This document shows positions 1-9,647 of a stretch of DNA of 64,000 nt, piece after piece. How positions within the stretch are numbered: position 1 is the stretch's first letter; the number at the start of each line of letters is the position of its first letter. The stretch comes from a virus. Taxonomy: Duplodnaviria > Caudoviricetes. Where the stretch lies: the IMG/VR virus record IMGVR_UViG_3300032216_000903, positions 30,796 through 94,795 of that record, one strand, 5' to 3'. Below the pieces are notes generated by a model, which saw nothing but the letters and a program-made list of their open reading frames with translations, made no database searches and was not told the origin of the DNA. A program made the translations under genes and the position numbers.

Positions 1-97
1 GCATAACTCCAAAAGTAGAATCAATAAACCTCGATCATAATTTTGACAGGTACGCATGGATGGATAGGAATATATTAAATCCCCACCGGCTTGTCAT

Positions 98-177
98 ACT
101 GGATCGAGGGAAATGGGGCTTCATGCTCCGTCCCGTAAGATGACGTCCTCTCGACAAGGGCTTACCTCGATTCAGCT
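98..177 (+). ncRNA. putative structured RNA upstream of tRNA-Tyr
   Basis: ctggatcgagg pairs with cctcgattcag (one G-U) and encloses the hairpins ggggc-ttcat-gctcc and gtaag...cttac; followed by a U-rich spacer. Confidence 0.4.
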
Positions 178-186
178 TTTAATTTC

Positions 187-271
187 GGTAGTATCGAATA
201 GCGGCAATTTCGAAGCACTGTAAATGCTTTGCCTTACGGCTACACAGGTTCGAGTCCTGTTGCTACCACCA
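187..271 (+). tRNA. tRNA-Tyr (GTA)
   Basis: acceptor ggtagta/tgctacc, anticodon arm aagca-ctGTAaa-tgctt, long variable arm, T-loop ttcgagt, encoded CCA. Confidence 0.95.
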
Positions 272-275
272 TTTT

Positions 276-1100
276 ATGATGAAAAGATACATGACGTTAG
301 TCCTCACCTGCATCACTCTTCTGATGCATGCCGGAATCCCTTCCTCGATCTCCAGTGCTTCTCTCTCCTTATCGATCTACGGCTCTGATGCATTCTACAT
401 GCTGATTCCCGTAGGATCTGGCAAGTATACGATGATCGATGTAAAGCGAGGTTTTCAAAGTCTAGGCACTTACGACTATCATTACACTAGTCCTACGGCC
501 TCTTTGCAAGTCACGGACGGCGGAAACGGCCCCCTCGACTTTCAGCTCAGATACGTTCAGGGAGACTCTGGCGCCTTTGATGTAACTAGCCCAGTCTTTC
601 CTGGAAGCTCATCTGGTGAGTTCCTGGCGCTGCAGGGCAAGGCTCGAGGATCAATCAATGGATACACCCTACAGTTGACCGTGACGGAAGGCACGCGGCC
701 CTTTGCGACCGGTCGTAATTCGGTCCTCATGTTCAACAGGAACGGCACATACACGGCCGTCGGCTACTTTGCGGGTGCCAACAGCATAGGGACTTACTAC
801 TATCGAAAGCTCAATTCCTCGACGGCCGTGCTGTATCTGACTGACTATGCGTATGGTCACAGCACGATCTACCTTCCATTCAAAGACAACGCCTCTGGGA
901 TCTATGCGGCCGTTCAAGGATACGACGCGGCATACAACGGCTTCTATTATTATAAGAACAACAAATGGTATTCGAGCGTGAAGTACTTCTATTATGACAT
1001 CTGGTATGGAACTTACTATTACAACACTCGCGATCGGGAAGACTGGGAATGGCATCCGGGATATCAGATCGGTCACTTTGAATTCATTAAATATCAATAA
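276..1100 (+). CDS. hypothetical secreted/surface protein with signal peptide and internal duplicated beta-rich domain
   Basis: hydrophobic N-terminus; SLGTYDY..ASLQVTD is repeated as SIGTYYY..AVLYLTD; Tyr-rich C-terminus. Confidence 0.6.
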   Translation: MMKRYMTLVLTCITLLMHAGIPSSISSASLSLSIYGSDAFYMLIPVGSGKYTMIDVKRGFQSLGTYDYHYTSPTASLQVTDGGNGPLDFQLRYVQGDSGAFDVTSPVFPGSSSGEFLALQGKARGSINGYTLQLTVTEGTRPFATGRNSVLMFNRNGTYTAVGYFAGANSIGTYYYRKLNSSTAVLYLTDYAYGHSTIYLPFKDNASGIYAAVQGYDAAYNGFYYYKNNKWYSSVKYFYYDIWYGTYYYNTRDREDWEWHPGYQIGHFEFIKYQ

Positions 1101-1102
1101 TC

Positions 1103-1360
1103 ATGAAAGAACAAACTATTCAACTCAAATGCGAGTGTACGGGTGAAGTGCTCGAGATCAGTTATGACATGGAAGAAAACGTCTATTACTTTTCCATCTG
1201 GACCCTCGGTACGAAGGGCGTGCAAGTAGGCTTACTCCATCGTTTGAAACACTGCTGGCACATTCTTCGCTATGGTCATCCGTACGGTGATCAGCTCGTC
1301 ATCTCTCAGGTAAATCTAAATAAACTCATGCCGTTCATCAACGATCAATCATCTAAATAA
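1103..1360 (+). CDS. hypothetical protein
   Basis: ORF packed tightly in the operon. Confidence 0.7.
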   Translation: MKEQTIQLKCECTGEVLEISYDMEENVYYFSIWTLGTKGVQVGLLHRLKHCWHILRYGHPYGDQLVISQVNLNKLMPFINDQSSK

Positions 1361-1364
1361 AACT

Positions 1365-1976
1365 ATGGGAATGTTCGACTACATTACGTGTGAAGCCAAG
1401 TTGCCTAAGATTCCAAATCCGATGGAACTCAAAGGATTTGACTTCAATAAACTTACCTTTCAAACCAAGGACATCTACAATGCGTTCGCGCAGTATCGAA
1501 TCACGGCCGACAAGAAGCTGCAACTACGTGACGCGGTACTCGAGCATGTGCCCGGAAATCCAAAGAGCAAGTCCGTGTCGGGCCGCATGGGTCACATGAA
1601 GGAAGTGAGCTCGTCTTGGAAGGACCTTCACGACTTCACCGGCACGATCGACTTCTATGACTCGATTCGCTTTAATAAACATTCTCAATTGAAGAGCGAC
1701 TACTGGGTCGAATACACGGCCAAGGTCGTCGCCGGCAAGGTGAAGTCCATTCGCTTGAAAGCCTTCACTCACGAGGACAATACGGAAGCTCGAGCTCAGA
1801 ATGAAGCACTTGAAAAACGAATGGAGAATGAGCGTGTATTCTGGACGAAGTGGTACTCTCGATTCCTCATCAAGCCATACTACAATGTGGTGAGTGGAGT
1901 GTTTCGATACTGGCGTAAGCTGAGCGACAAGCTCCCTCGTTCGCATAGGGTCGAGAACTTTTTCAAGCCGTTTTGA
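1365..1976 (+). CDS. hypothetical phage protein (MGMFD-type N-terminus)
   Basis: ORF; MGMFDYITC...FQTKD pattern seen in phage proteins. Confidence 0.7.
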   Translation: MGMFDYITCEAKLPKIPNPMELKGFDFNKLTFQTKDIYNAFAQYRITADKKLQLRDAVLEHVPGNPKSKSVSGRMGHMKEVSSSWKDLHDFTGTIDFYDSIRFNKHSQLKSDYWVEYTAKVVAGKVKSIRLKAFTHEDNTEARAQNEALEKRMENERVFWTKWYSRFLIKPYYNVVSGVFRYWRKLSDKLPRSHRVENFFKPF

Positions 1977-1977
1977 T

Positions 1978-2442
1978 ATGAACTATACAACAAACAAAGA
2001 GAAGCTTGGTAAGCTGGGAGAAGAGCTCGTCGCTTCGATCCTTGGTGGCAGCCTATCGGAAAACAAGTACGACACGGTCAAAGACATGACGGCCCTCGGC
2101 AAGAACATCGAGGTGAAGACGCAGAATCGCCATCCGAATGGATCATTCACGGTCAACGCGCAGCATCAGATCAATCTGAAGAAGTGCATGTCCGTCGATC
2201 GCCTGATCTTCGTGGAATACGATGCCACGTCGGACATCAAGATCTACGAGTGTACGGATCGCGAGGGCTACAACATGGTCTCGACTCGTCCGACTCAATA
2301 CGAACCTCAAGGTCGAGTCATGGTGTGTTGGCCCATCTCCAAGATGACTCACCTGAGGACGGTAAATAACCCAGCGCTCGCTCAGCGAATGCGTGAACTC
2401 TCTGGATCTAAACTCTATAATGCAAACTCAAAGTACATCTGA
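1978..2442 (+). CDS. PD-(D/E)XK nuclease-fold protein
   Basis: GKLGEE...KD...IEVKT motif arrangement. Confidence 0.55.
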   Translation: MNYTTNKEKLGKLGEELVASILGGSLSENKYDTVKDMTALGKNIEVKTQNRHPNGSFTVNAQHQINLKKCMSVDRLIFVEYDATSDIKIYECTDREGYNMVSTRPTQYEPQGRVMVCWPISKMTHLRTVNNPALAQRMRELSGSKLYNANSKYI

Positions 2443-2635
2443 TATCTTGAATAAGCTCGAATACTATCACGATACGCTTAAGCGCCTCGAAGAATACATC
2501 AAAGAAGGGGGCGACATGCCGGAGATCAAGTATTGGTCTGGAACAGAATGCTTCTCGGACTTCACTGGCCACTGTAAGGCCGACACGCTAGCTGGATCCA
2601 TCGACCTATACATCGACGGTCAGACGGCTTCGTAA
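2420..2635 (+). CDS. hypothetical protein
   Basis: ORF; ATG at 2420 (alternative GTG at 2393). Confidence 0.55.
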   Translation: MQTQSTSDILNKLEYYHDTLKRLEEYIKEGGDMPEIKYWSGTECFSDFTGHCKADTLAGSIDLYIDGQTAS

Positions 2636-2642
2636 TTTAGTA

Positions 2643-2672
2643 CTGTACAAACCATCAATCGCAGACTATAAT
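2643..2672 (+). promoter_or_regulatory. early-type promoter (TGTACA-17-TATAAT)
   Basis: the same -35 motif precedes several operons in the window. Confidence 0.65.
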
Positions 2673-2685
2673 AATGCCTTAATCT

Positions 2686-3072
2686 ATGAATCAACAAACA
2701 GAACGTGAATCAGTAAGAGCCCTTCGCGAATGCATCGAGTTACAACTCAGCAAGTCGCGTGACTATCAGAATCCTAATTCTCGAATCAAGCAGGCAGAAT
2801 ACTATCCGAATGGCATCATCACTCTCCTCGACATCATTCATGCCAAGAAGCTTCGCATGGATTCCGTAGTCGCGGCCATGCAGCATGATCCTGAGTATAA
2901 GCCTAACTTCGAATCTCTTGAAGACTCGGCTAAGGACATGATTAACTACTGCTCATTCATCGTCTCTTACTGTCGTGGCAAGATGGAAGGTCAGAATTCA
3001 GATCGCGACTTTCTCAATCGTCGCATATCGAAACCATCCAACATCGTGCAGGAACTCTTAAACTTAAAATGA
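2686..3072 (+). CDS. nucleotide-modification-associated all-alpha protein (DUF1599/dNTP pyrophosphohydrolase-like)
   Basis: KSRDY...ESLEDSAKDMINY pattern; adjacent to dCMP hydroxymethylase. Confidence 0.6.
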   Translation: MNQQTERESVRALRECIELQLSKSRDYQNPNSRIKQAEYYPNGIITLLDIIHAKKLRMDSVVAAMQHDPEYKPNFESLEDSAKDMINYCSFIVSYCRGKMEGQNSDRDFLNRRISKPSNIVQELLNLK

Positions 3073-3761
3073 AAAACAAAAAAATGAATGTGATGGATCT
3101 TCAGTGGCACTTCTTCGAGTCTTTGATGGCCGAAGAATTCGTGACCGATAAGTCTGGCGTAAAGACGATCGAGCTGGTCGGTGCTTCGTTTATTGCCGAT
3201 GAGCCTACGATCTTTGGCACGGTCAATGAAGACTACATCAATCGTGAACTCGAGTGGTATGAGTCTCAGTCTCTGAATGTGAATGATATTCCCGGCAAGG
3301 TTCCCGAGATCTGGAAGCAGGTCGCTGACAAGGACGGCTTCATCAACTCAAACTACGGATGGTGCATCTGGTCTCCAATGAACTTCGATCAGTACAAGAA
3401 GTGCCGAGCCGAGCTGATTGCAAACAAGGACACACGTAGAGCCATCATGATCTACACTCGTCCGACGATGCATGAAGATGCCTTTCATAGCGGCCGATCC
3501 GACTTCATGTGCACCAATACCGTGCAGTACCTGATTCGCGAAGGCAAGATGCACTGCGTCGTACAAATGCGCTCGAATGATGTGGTATTCGGATATCGCA
3601 ACGATCGCGCTTGGCAGAAGCACGTCCTCGATACCTTGGTCGCCGACTATAATCGCCTGACTGAATCTAAGATCGAAGCCGGTGACATTCACTGGAACGT
3701 CGGCAGCCTACACATCTACGAGAGGCACTTCAAACTGGTCGAGGACTGGTATAAGCCATGA
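3069..3761 (+). CDS. 42: dCMP hydroxymethylase (T4 gp42-like, thymidylate synthase superfamily)
   Basis: DFMCTNTVQYLIR...MRSNDVVFGYRND closely matches T4 gp42, including Asp in RND (dCMP specificity); SLHIYERHF. Confidence 0.88.
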   Translation: MKNKKMNVMDLQWHFFESLMAEEFVTDKSGVKTIELVGASFIADEPTIFGTVNEDYINRELEWYESQSLNVNDIPGKVPEIWKQVADKDGFINSNYGWCIWSPMNFDQYKKCRAELIANKDTRRAIMIYTRPTMHEDAFHSGRSDFMCTNTVQYLIREGKMHCVVQMRSNDVVFGYRNDRAWQKHVLDTLVADYNRLTESKIEAGDIHWNVGSLHIYERHFKLVEDWYKP

Positions 3762-4189
3762 GCGACTGGGATTCTAGATTCTTGAAGATGGCTACAGAGG
3801 TCGCCGCGTGGTCCAAAGATCCGTCTCGAAAGATTGGCTGCGTGATCGTCAGGCATCGTCGCATCTTGGCATCCGGCTATAACGGGTTTCCTCGTGGAAT
3901 CAAGGATACGCCCGAAAGGCTTAATACACGTGAACTCAAGTACAAATACGTGGTTCATGCGGAGATGAATGCGATCTACAATGCGATTCAACACGGAGTA
4001 TCTTTAGACGGTGCTACGCTGTATGCCATCGGATTGCCCATCTGTTCCGAGTGTGCCAAGGGCATCATTCAGGTAGGCATCCATAGGGTCGTCATTCCTA
4101 AACAGGACATTCCAGAGCACTGGCGAGAATCTTGTGGATTCACGTACAACCTCTTCGACGAAGCTAGTATTCAATACGACATGGTATGA
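3758..4189 (+). CDS. cd: dCMP deaminase
   Basis: GYNG, HAEMNAI and PICSEC Zn motifs. Confidence 0.92.
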   Translation: MSDWDSRFLKMATEVAAWSKDPSRKIGCVIVRHRRILASGYNGFPRGIKDTPERLNTRELKYKYVVHAEMNAIYNAIQHGVSLDGATLYAIGLPICSECAKGIIQVGIHRVVIPKQDIPEHWRESCGFTYNLFDEASIQYDMV

Positions 4190-4587
4190 CAAACGTAACT
4201 GACTTCATCGTCGATCATCGAGCTTCCGATCGAGTCCTTGTGCTGGGCATGTCTCCGGCCAAGAACAATCGGCCGTTCAAGAACTGCTCGCTCAATCGAC
4301 TGAGTAAATGGATGAAGATCATAGGTCAAGGAGAGTGGTCGTTTCACAACGTCATTCCAGACGTGCATGGATCGGCCAACATATGCGACGTAGATCCACA
4401 GGCGCTTTACGACGCCGTGAACGGCAAGGAAAGGGTGATCGCGCTCGGCACGTTCGTCTCGAGCGTATGCTCTAAATACGGTATAGAACACCATCGCATC
4501 CATCATCCGTCTCCGAGGAATAGGTCCCTCAATGATCCTGGAGTCGAGAGGAAGATGCTGAGCACACTGAAAGAATACTTAAAATGA
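4186..4587 (+). CDS. uracil-DNA-glycosylase-fold protein
   Basis: VLVLGMSPA, VIALG and HPSPRN match UDG superfamily motifs A/B. Confidence 0.6.
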   Translation: MTNVTDFIVDHRASDRVLVLGMSPAKNNRPFKNCSLNRLSKWMKIIGQGEWSFHNVIPDVHGSANICDVDPQALYDAVNGKERVIALGTFVSSVCSKYGIEHHRIHHPSPRNRSLNDPGVERKMLSTLKEYLK

Positions 4588-5795
4588 TTGAACCAACACC
4601 ATACTATCAGGACTTCCTTCGCTACTTCAGGCTCGCCAAGGAACAGCAGGAGAAGTGCAACGTGTCGTTGAATCCTCCGTACGGAATGCTCACGCACGCA
4701 GAATCCAAAATGAACGACGGACTCCTCGAGAACGTGGAACTCTACGACGTCGTCGAGCGTAAGTACGCCGGATTCTCTCAGATCGTAAACGACTGCTTCT
4801 ATGGATGGACTGATAGACATCCGTACTGGAAGAAGATGGAGGCAGGTAAGATCACTCGTCAACGAGATCAGGTCGCCCATGATTGGACCGGTAAGCATGC
4901 ACACTTTGGCCTGGCCGAATGGCTCTACATCTTCATTCTCCATCGAGTATGCGGTTCCGGCATCAACTACGCTCAGAAGCCTTCGGGCTATCATAACACT
5001 CTGCTTTTGAAGCTTCATCGAGCCAAGTCGATCGAGGACATGTGTGAGATGGTCAAGAACGAGCAGAACTCCTTCTACACTTCCGTAGGATATCAGTTCC
5101 CTGCGTTTCCTAAGCCTCCGGCTGGATATAAGCGCGGAGGCGACTACTACCTCTGTGAGTTCGCTCCTCGACTGGCTCGTGATCTGGCAGACTGGCTTCA
5201 AACACCGGCATTTGGAAAGAAAACTCTACGCGGTATCGGCGAGTTCATGCTCGATTGGAATGTCGTAAACGGCCTTCGTCAGTATCACTTTCAATATGCG
5301 GCCATCATAGCCGACATCGCAGACTGGTATCCTCAATACGTCGATCGCCAATCGATGTTCTTCTATGGATCGAACGCCGAGCAGTGCATCTCGTATCTGG
5401 CTCGTCCTCTCAAGAAGATGAAGACTCAGGCTTTCCTCGACGCCGTGATGGAGATGGCGTGTAAAGATACTAATGAAGTTCCCTACAACATAGAAGACGT
5501 CTGCTGTGACTATATTCGATACTGTACAAATTACGTACGCATGGGCGAGGCATATAATTCCCTCGATCGCGACAAGGTATTCAACTCTTCGAAGATCATT
5601 CATCCGTATGGTCGACAGAAGGCGATGCTCGACCTCGGACTCGTGAAGACGTTCAACGACCCTTCGCAGAACTTCTACTACGACGAGGTGATCAAGGCAA
5701 ACAACCTGACCGAGAGGGAATACATCAAGCTCGTTCAGGATCATCCGAACTACAAGGACTGGATCGGAGTACCAGAAAAATTCCCCACTAAATAA
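4584..5795 (+). CDS. aGPT-Pplase / amino acid:DNA transferase-like protein (paralog 1)
   Basis: DGLL..YDVVER, FQYAAIIAD, GSNA and IEDVCCDYIRY resemble the aGPT-Pplase1 motifs D.IL..F.NV.R, GPGA and E..LCE..KY. Confidence 0.6.
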   Translation: MIEPTPYYQDFLRYFRLAKEQQEKCNVSLNPPYGMLTHAESKMNDGLLENVELYDVVERKYAGFSQIVNDCFYGWTDRHPYWKKMEAGKITRQRDQVAHDWTGKHAHFGLAEWLYIFILHRVCGSGINYAQKPSGYHNTLLLKLHRAKSIEDMCEMVKNEQNSFYTSVGYQFPAFPKPPAGYKRGGDYYLCEFAPRLARDLADWLQTPAFGKKTLRGIGEFMLDWNVVNGLRQYHFQYAAIIADIADWYPQYVDRQSMFFYGSNAEQCISYLARPLKKMKTQAFLDAVMEMACKDTNEVPYNIEDVCCDYIRYCTNYVRMGEAYNSLDRDKVFNSSKIIHPYGRQKAMLDLGLVKTFNDPSQNFYYDEVIKANNLTEREYIKLVQDHPNYKDWIGVPEKFPTK

Positions 5796-5799
5796 AATT

Positions 5800-6681
5800 A
5801 TGGCACACGACGAACACGTAATCGATGGCAACAATAAAGACGTCCCGATGGGAATGTCTTACGAGGAGGCGAAGCAGTACTACCTGAGCCTATGCGAGGG
5901 CTGGACTCCATACAACAGTTCTCCGATGGTGATCGAGCACGAGGGAGTGCAGGTGGTTCGAGATGACCTGACCGTGGGTACCAAGACTCGAGCCGGCGAC
6001 CTCCTCTGCTCAAAGATTCTGAATAAGACCCTCGTGTATTGTCAGCCTCGAGTTGGACTGGCCGGAGTATCTCTATGCGATGTAGCCAAGCGTCACAACA
6101 AGGACGTAGTCCTATTCATGCCGTCGTCGAAGGAGATCTCGCTCCATCAGGCTTGCTGCATCGAACGCGGAGCCACTCCGATCTTCGAACGCATCGCGGC
6201 TATGCCGAATCTTAACCTCTACGCCAAGAAGTGGGCTGACGAACACAATGCCTGTTTCATTCCTCTGGGTCTGAAGCACGAGCTAGCGACGGCGGCGATC
6301 GTGCATGCCGCCTCAACGATCCCTGAGCCCGACGAAGTGTACGTGGCTATCTCTACCGGTGTCCTCTCTCGAGCCCTTCAGATCGCTTGGCCGAATGCCA
6401 AGTTTACCTGCGTCGCCGTGGCTCGCAATCTACAGGCTGGTGAACTTGGTCGTGCTGAAGTCATCTCGGAACCTCTGGCATTTCCACAGTCTGAGAAGAA
6501 AGAAAATCTACCACCGTTTCCGACCGTTGCCAGTTACGACGGAAAAATTTGGAAATATATTCCCAAGGATGGCAAGAAGCGCCGACTGATGTGGAATGTT
6601 GGCCGTGACCCCATTCTAAAAGACGCATCGATAATTGTAAAGACGGACTCTTATCGTAAATGGAAGAAGGACATGCAATGA
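5800..6681 (+). CDS. PLP-dependent enzyme, fold type II (ACC deaminase/TrpB-like)
   Basis: VVRDDL..GTKTR (PLP lysine), VAISTG phosphate loop, YDGK, WNVG. Confidence 0.8.
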   Translation: MAHDEHVIDGNNKDVPMGMSYEEAKQYYLSLCEGWTPYNSSPMVIEHEGVQVVRDDLTVGTKTRAGDLLCSKILNKTLVYCQPRVGLAGVSLCDVAKRHNKDVVLFMPSSKEISLHQACCIERGATPIFERIAAMPNLNLYAKKWADEHNACFIPLGLKHELATAAIVHAASTIPEPDEVYVAISTGVLSRALQIAWPNAKFTCVAVARNLQAGELGRAEVISEPLAFPQSEKKENLPPFPTVASYDGKIWKYIPKDGKKRRLMWNVGRDPILKDASIIVKTDSYRKWKKDMQ

Positions 6682-7679
6682 ACGACATTCTATATCCTAA
6701 CACGGCTCAGATTACACTCAAGGACGGCAAGCCCAAGGACTCTTGGATGCGCGACTGGACGCATGAGGAGCGCGTGGCGAAGTTCTTTGAGTTCTGTCGT
6801 AAGTTTGACCTTCGTGAGGATAAGCTGCTCAGCGAAGACTATCAGATCTTCTCCCATCGCCTTCACTGGCACGAGCACCCCTTCGTTGAACTCATGACAG
6901 GAGTAAAGGACTCGCGCGATCGCCTCTGGTACGCCCTTGTCTTCTCGTTTACCAATGAGCACTGGGGTACGCTGACTCACCTGATGACGCATGGCATTGA
7001 TAAGACTCGCGAGCACTTTAAGCATAATCGTCATGCTCGATCTGACTTATTTCAGATCTACTATCCCAAGGGTACGGATGTAAAGGAATGGCTCCTGACC
7101 GGACCATTGAAGGCGGCAAATGCTCTGCATCATCATCTTACAAATGGTAAGAGATACACGATGATGCAGTTTGCCAAGATCCTCGAGGCTCACTTCAAGA
7201 AAGAACAGAACTTTCGTTCTCCGCTCTATCCGTGTAAGAACACGGCTCGATACGTTGCGATGGCGTTTCCGCACCTCGTAGATCCTGAGTCCGTCCTCTA
7301 CGGAGGTACTGGGCATTTCGACGGCATGCATCAGATCTTTCTAGAGAACGTGAATGGCAAGGCTAAGTACGAGATCGATGCGAATGGAGAGTTCGTTCCA
7401 AAGAATCATCAGGCCAATGTGTGGCTCGCTCAGATGAGTTATCTCTGCGAGCATTCAGATAATCCTATGACTTCTCAGCATTGGTTGAACGTAGAGGATA
7501 AGGGATGTTTTTTTTACAAACACATTGCGATTACACATGATGTGAAGAGTCCAACGAAGCGCATTCCATACACGTGGATCTTTCCAGAGAATTTCAATCT
7601 GGCAAAGCATCCGGCTGGTAAAGTGATAATCAATGGTAAAACAACTTCACAAATAGATGTACAAGGCTCATTTGACTGA
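6678..7679 (+). CDS. aGPT-Pplase / amino acid:DNA transferase-like protein (paralog 2)
   Basis: DKLL..YQIFSHR, GGTGHFDG and NVEDKGCFFYKH follow the same layout as 4584-5795; ATGA overlap with the PLP gene. Confidence 0.5.
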   Translation: MNDILYPNTAQITLKDGKPKDSWMRDWTHEERVAKFFEFCRKFDLREDKLLSEDYQIFSHRLHWHEHPFVELMTGVKDSRDRLWYALVFSFTNEHWGTLTHLMTHGIDKTREHFKHNRHARSDLFQIYYPKGTDVKEWLLTGPLKAANALHHHLTNGKRYTMMQFAKILEAHFKKEQNFRSPLYPCKNTARYVAMAFPHLVDPESVLYGGTGHFDGMHQIFLENVNGKAKYEIDANGEFVPKNHQANVWLAQMSYLCEHSDNPMTSQHWLNVEDKGCFFYKHIAITHDVKSPTKRIPYTWIFPENFNLAKHPAGKVIINGKTTSQIDVQGSFD

Positions 7680-7694
7680 TATAATGTCTACAAT

Positions 7695-7889
7695 ATGACA
7701 CACGAGTTCGAGCATCCTATGTGGGTCAAGACTCCACTGGGACATGGATTGGCCGTCATGATTATAGACTACGGTATCCACTTGAATAGCTGCTGGGTGG
7801 TTGCGCTAGAAGATCACGACTGGCAGATAAAGCATTTCGATTCAAATGACATTAAGCTAAATCGTAACGACACCTGGAAGATTCAATAA
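7695..7889 (+). CDS. hypothetical protein
   Basis: ORF behind a TGTACA..TATAAT promoter. Confidence 0.65.
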   Translation: MTHEFEHPMWVKTPLGHGLAVMIIDYGIHLNSCWVVALEDHDWQIKHFDSNDIKLNRNDTWKIQ

Positions 7890-7891
7890 TC

Positions 7892-8998
7892 ATGAAAGCA
7901 TTAGTCACGGCACCATTCATTCCGATAGTTCCTCGTTTGGCATCACATAGATCCTCGCAAGGTGTCATCTATGCCGATCAGATTCGACAGACTGGCGAGT
8001 ATGATGTTGTCGATATCAACTGGGCAGGCAATGCTCACGAAGATCATAATCAATACGACGTAGTCTACGTTTACTGGGGATCCGACTGGACCGGTGGCTT
8101 GAATCTCTTTGGTGGAGTGCAATCGTTTCCCTATGCTTGGAACATTCGTAACTTCTCAAAGTTCAAGGGCAAGGTATATTCTTTGGCCGTAGACTTTCCA
8201 AAGATCGATGAGATGATTGAAGAACGCATTCTAAATGCTTCGAGCAAGAAGAAGGAGATTCAGCCAGAGTGGCTCGAAGTCGATATTCAGAATCTCAAGC
8301 GCATGCGTATTGAATCTACTCGAGTTCGTTTTCCACACATCACGGAGAAGGTGGTCATTGGAGACTCTCATTCAATCTGCATGCATCGTCCGGGATGGAC
8401 GGTCAACTCAGTTCCATTCAAGACTCTGAATGGTGCATTGTCGCTCGGGCTCAATACATTCATCGAAGAGTTCACCTCCATCGATCGAGTATCTTCTGCT
8501 GAGTTCTACTTTGGCAACATCGACGTGCGTCATCATCTCTGTCGTTTGGAAGGTGATTCATTTACAAACACGATGTCTCTGGCTCTTCGATATGTAGAGG
8601 CCGTCGAGATGCTTCCGATCAAGGACGTGTCGATCTACGAACTCCTACCCCTCGAGAACGAGTCTCGTAAGTTACCTAAGACCGGTTACTATAAAGGCAA
8701 GCCGTTCTGGGGAACATGGGCTCAGCGCGCTGAAGTCCGTCATACATTTAATCAGGCCGTCGAGAAGGCCACACGTCGTGCCAAGTTCATTCGCTGGACC
8801 GACTATCTTCTGAACGACAAGGGCGAGCTCGACTTTAAGTTCATGGAGAAGCCTCATTCGATTCATCTTTCACGCGAGTTCTATCCTCATTGGAATGGAA
8901 TAGATACCTTCAGCACTCCGAAGAAATTATCTAAAGTGCCGCATAAACCTGAATTATTAGAAGTACCGCATAACTCCCTAGAAACCTTTTTTGAATGA
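7892..8998 (+). CDS. SGNH/GDSL-fold protein (esterase/acyltransferase-like)
   Basis: VVIGDSHS, FGNID and SIHLS blocks. Confidence 0.6.
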   Translation: MKALVTAPFIPIVPRLASHRSSQGVIYADQIRQTGEYDVVDINWAGNAHEDHNQYDVVYVYWGSDWTGGLNLFGGVQSFPYAWNIRNFSKFKGKVYSLAVDFPKIDEMIEERILNASSKKKEIQPEWLEVDIQNLKRMRIESTRVRFPHITEKVVIGDSHSICMHRPGWTVNSVPFKTLNGALSLGLNTFIEEFTSIDRVSSAEFYFGNIDVRHHLCRLEGDSFTNTMSLALRYVEAVEMLPIKDVSIYELLPLENESRKLPKTGYYKGKPFWGTWAQRAEVRHTFNQAVEKATRRAKFIRWTDYLLNDKGELDFKFMEKPHSIHLSREFYPHWNGIDTFSTPKKLSKVPHKPELLEVPHNSLETFFE

Positions 8999-9017
8999 CT
9001 TCGAAAAATAATTACTC

Positions 9018-9057
9018 AGTCCATGTGCTGGATAGTATAAATACCAGCACATGGACT
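9018..9057 (+). promoter_or_regulatory. 14-bp hairpin sequestering the HEG start codon, with late promoter TATAAATA (9036-9043) in the loop
   Basis: perfect inverted repeat agtccatgtgctgg / ccagcacatggact. Confidence 0.85.
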
Positions 9058-9647
9058 CAATAATCAAATCAGAAGGTTACGTATATCACATTCAAAACCC
9101 AAACAATCCATCGATAGAAGAAGGATATATCGGTGTCGTAAATGCTAAAAAGGGCATCTATCGAAGATTTCGAGAACATTCTACTGATTGCGATCATATG
9201 CGAAAGCGTATAAGAGAAAATAATGTAACATTTGAAAACCATGTTAAAATAGTATTTCAAGGCTCATTAAAAGAATGTTATATGAAAGAACATGAATTGA
9301 GATCATCTCAAAAAATAGGATGGAATGTAGCTAGTGGTGGAGCTGGATGGAATTATAAAAGTGATATCAGCGATTTATCTAAATATCGTTCTGATATTCA
9401 AAAGCAAAGAATGGAAGATGAAGATTTGAAACGTCGTCAAAGCGAATCATTCAAAAAGAATTATTATGCTAATGAAGAAGTTCAAAAGCTTCGCAGTGAT
9501 CGAGCAAAAGAACATATGTCAAATCCTGAAAAACGCGATAAATGTTTAAATGCGATGCATAAAAAAATTAAGTGCCCACATTGTGAATATGAAAATAATG
9601 CAGGAAACGTGAAGTTACATATTAAAAGAAAACATTCAAATGATTAA
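9051..9647 (+). mobile_element. free-standing GIY-YIG homing endonuclease (Seg-like) with C-terminal C2H2 Zn finger
   Basis: GYVY...GYIG...RFREH...E...GWN; CPHC..H..H; markedly AT-rich relative to flanks. Confidence 0.8.

Noticed and set aside
3069-3761. Thymidylate synthase (thyA) or dUMP hydroxymethylase
   Set aside because: The sequence tracks T4 gp42 with Asp at the specificity position, and ThyX is present for dTMP synthesis
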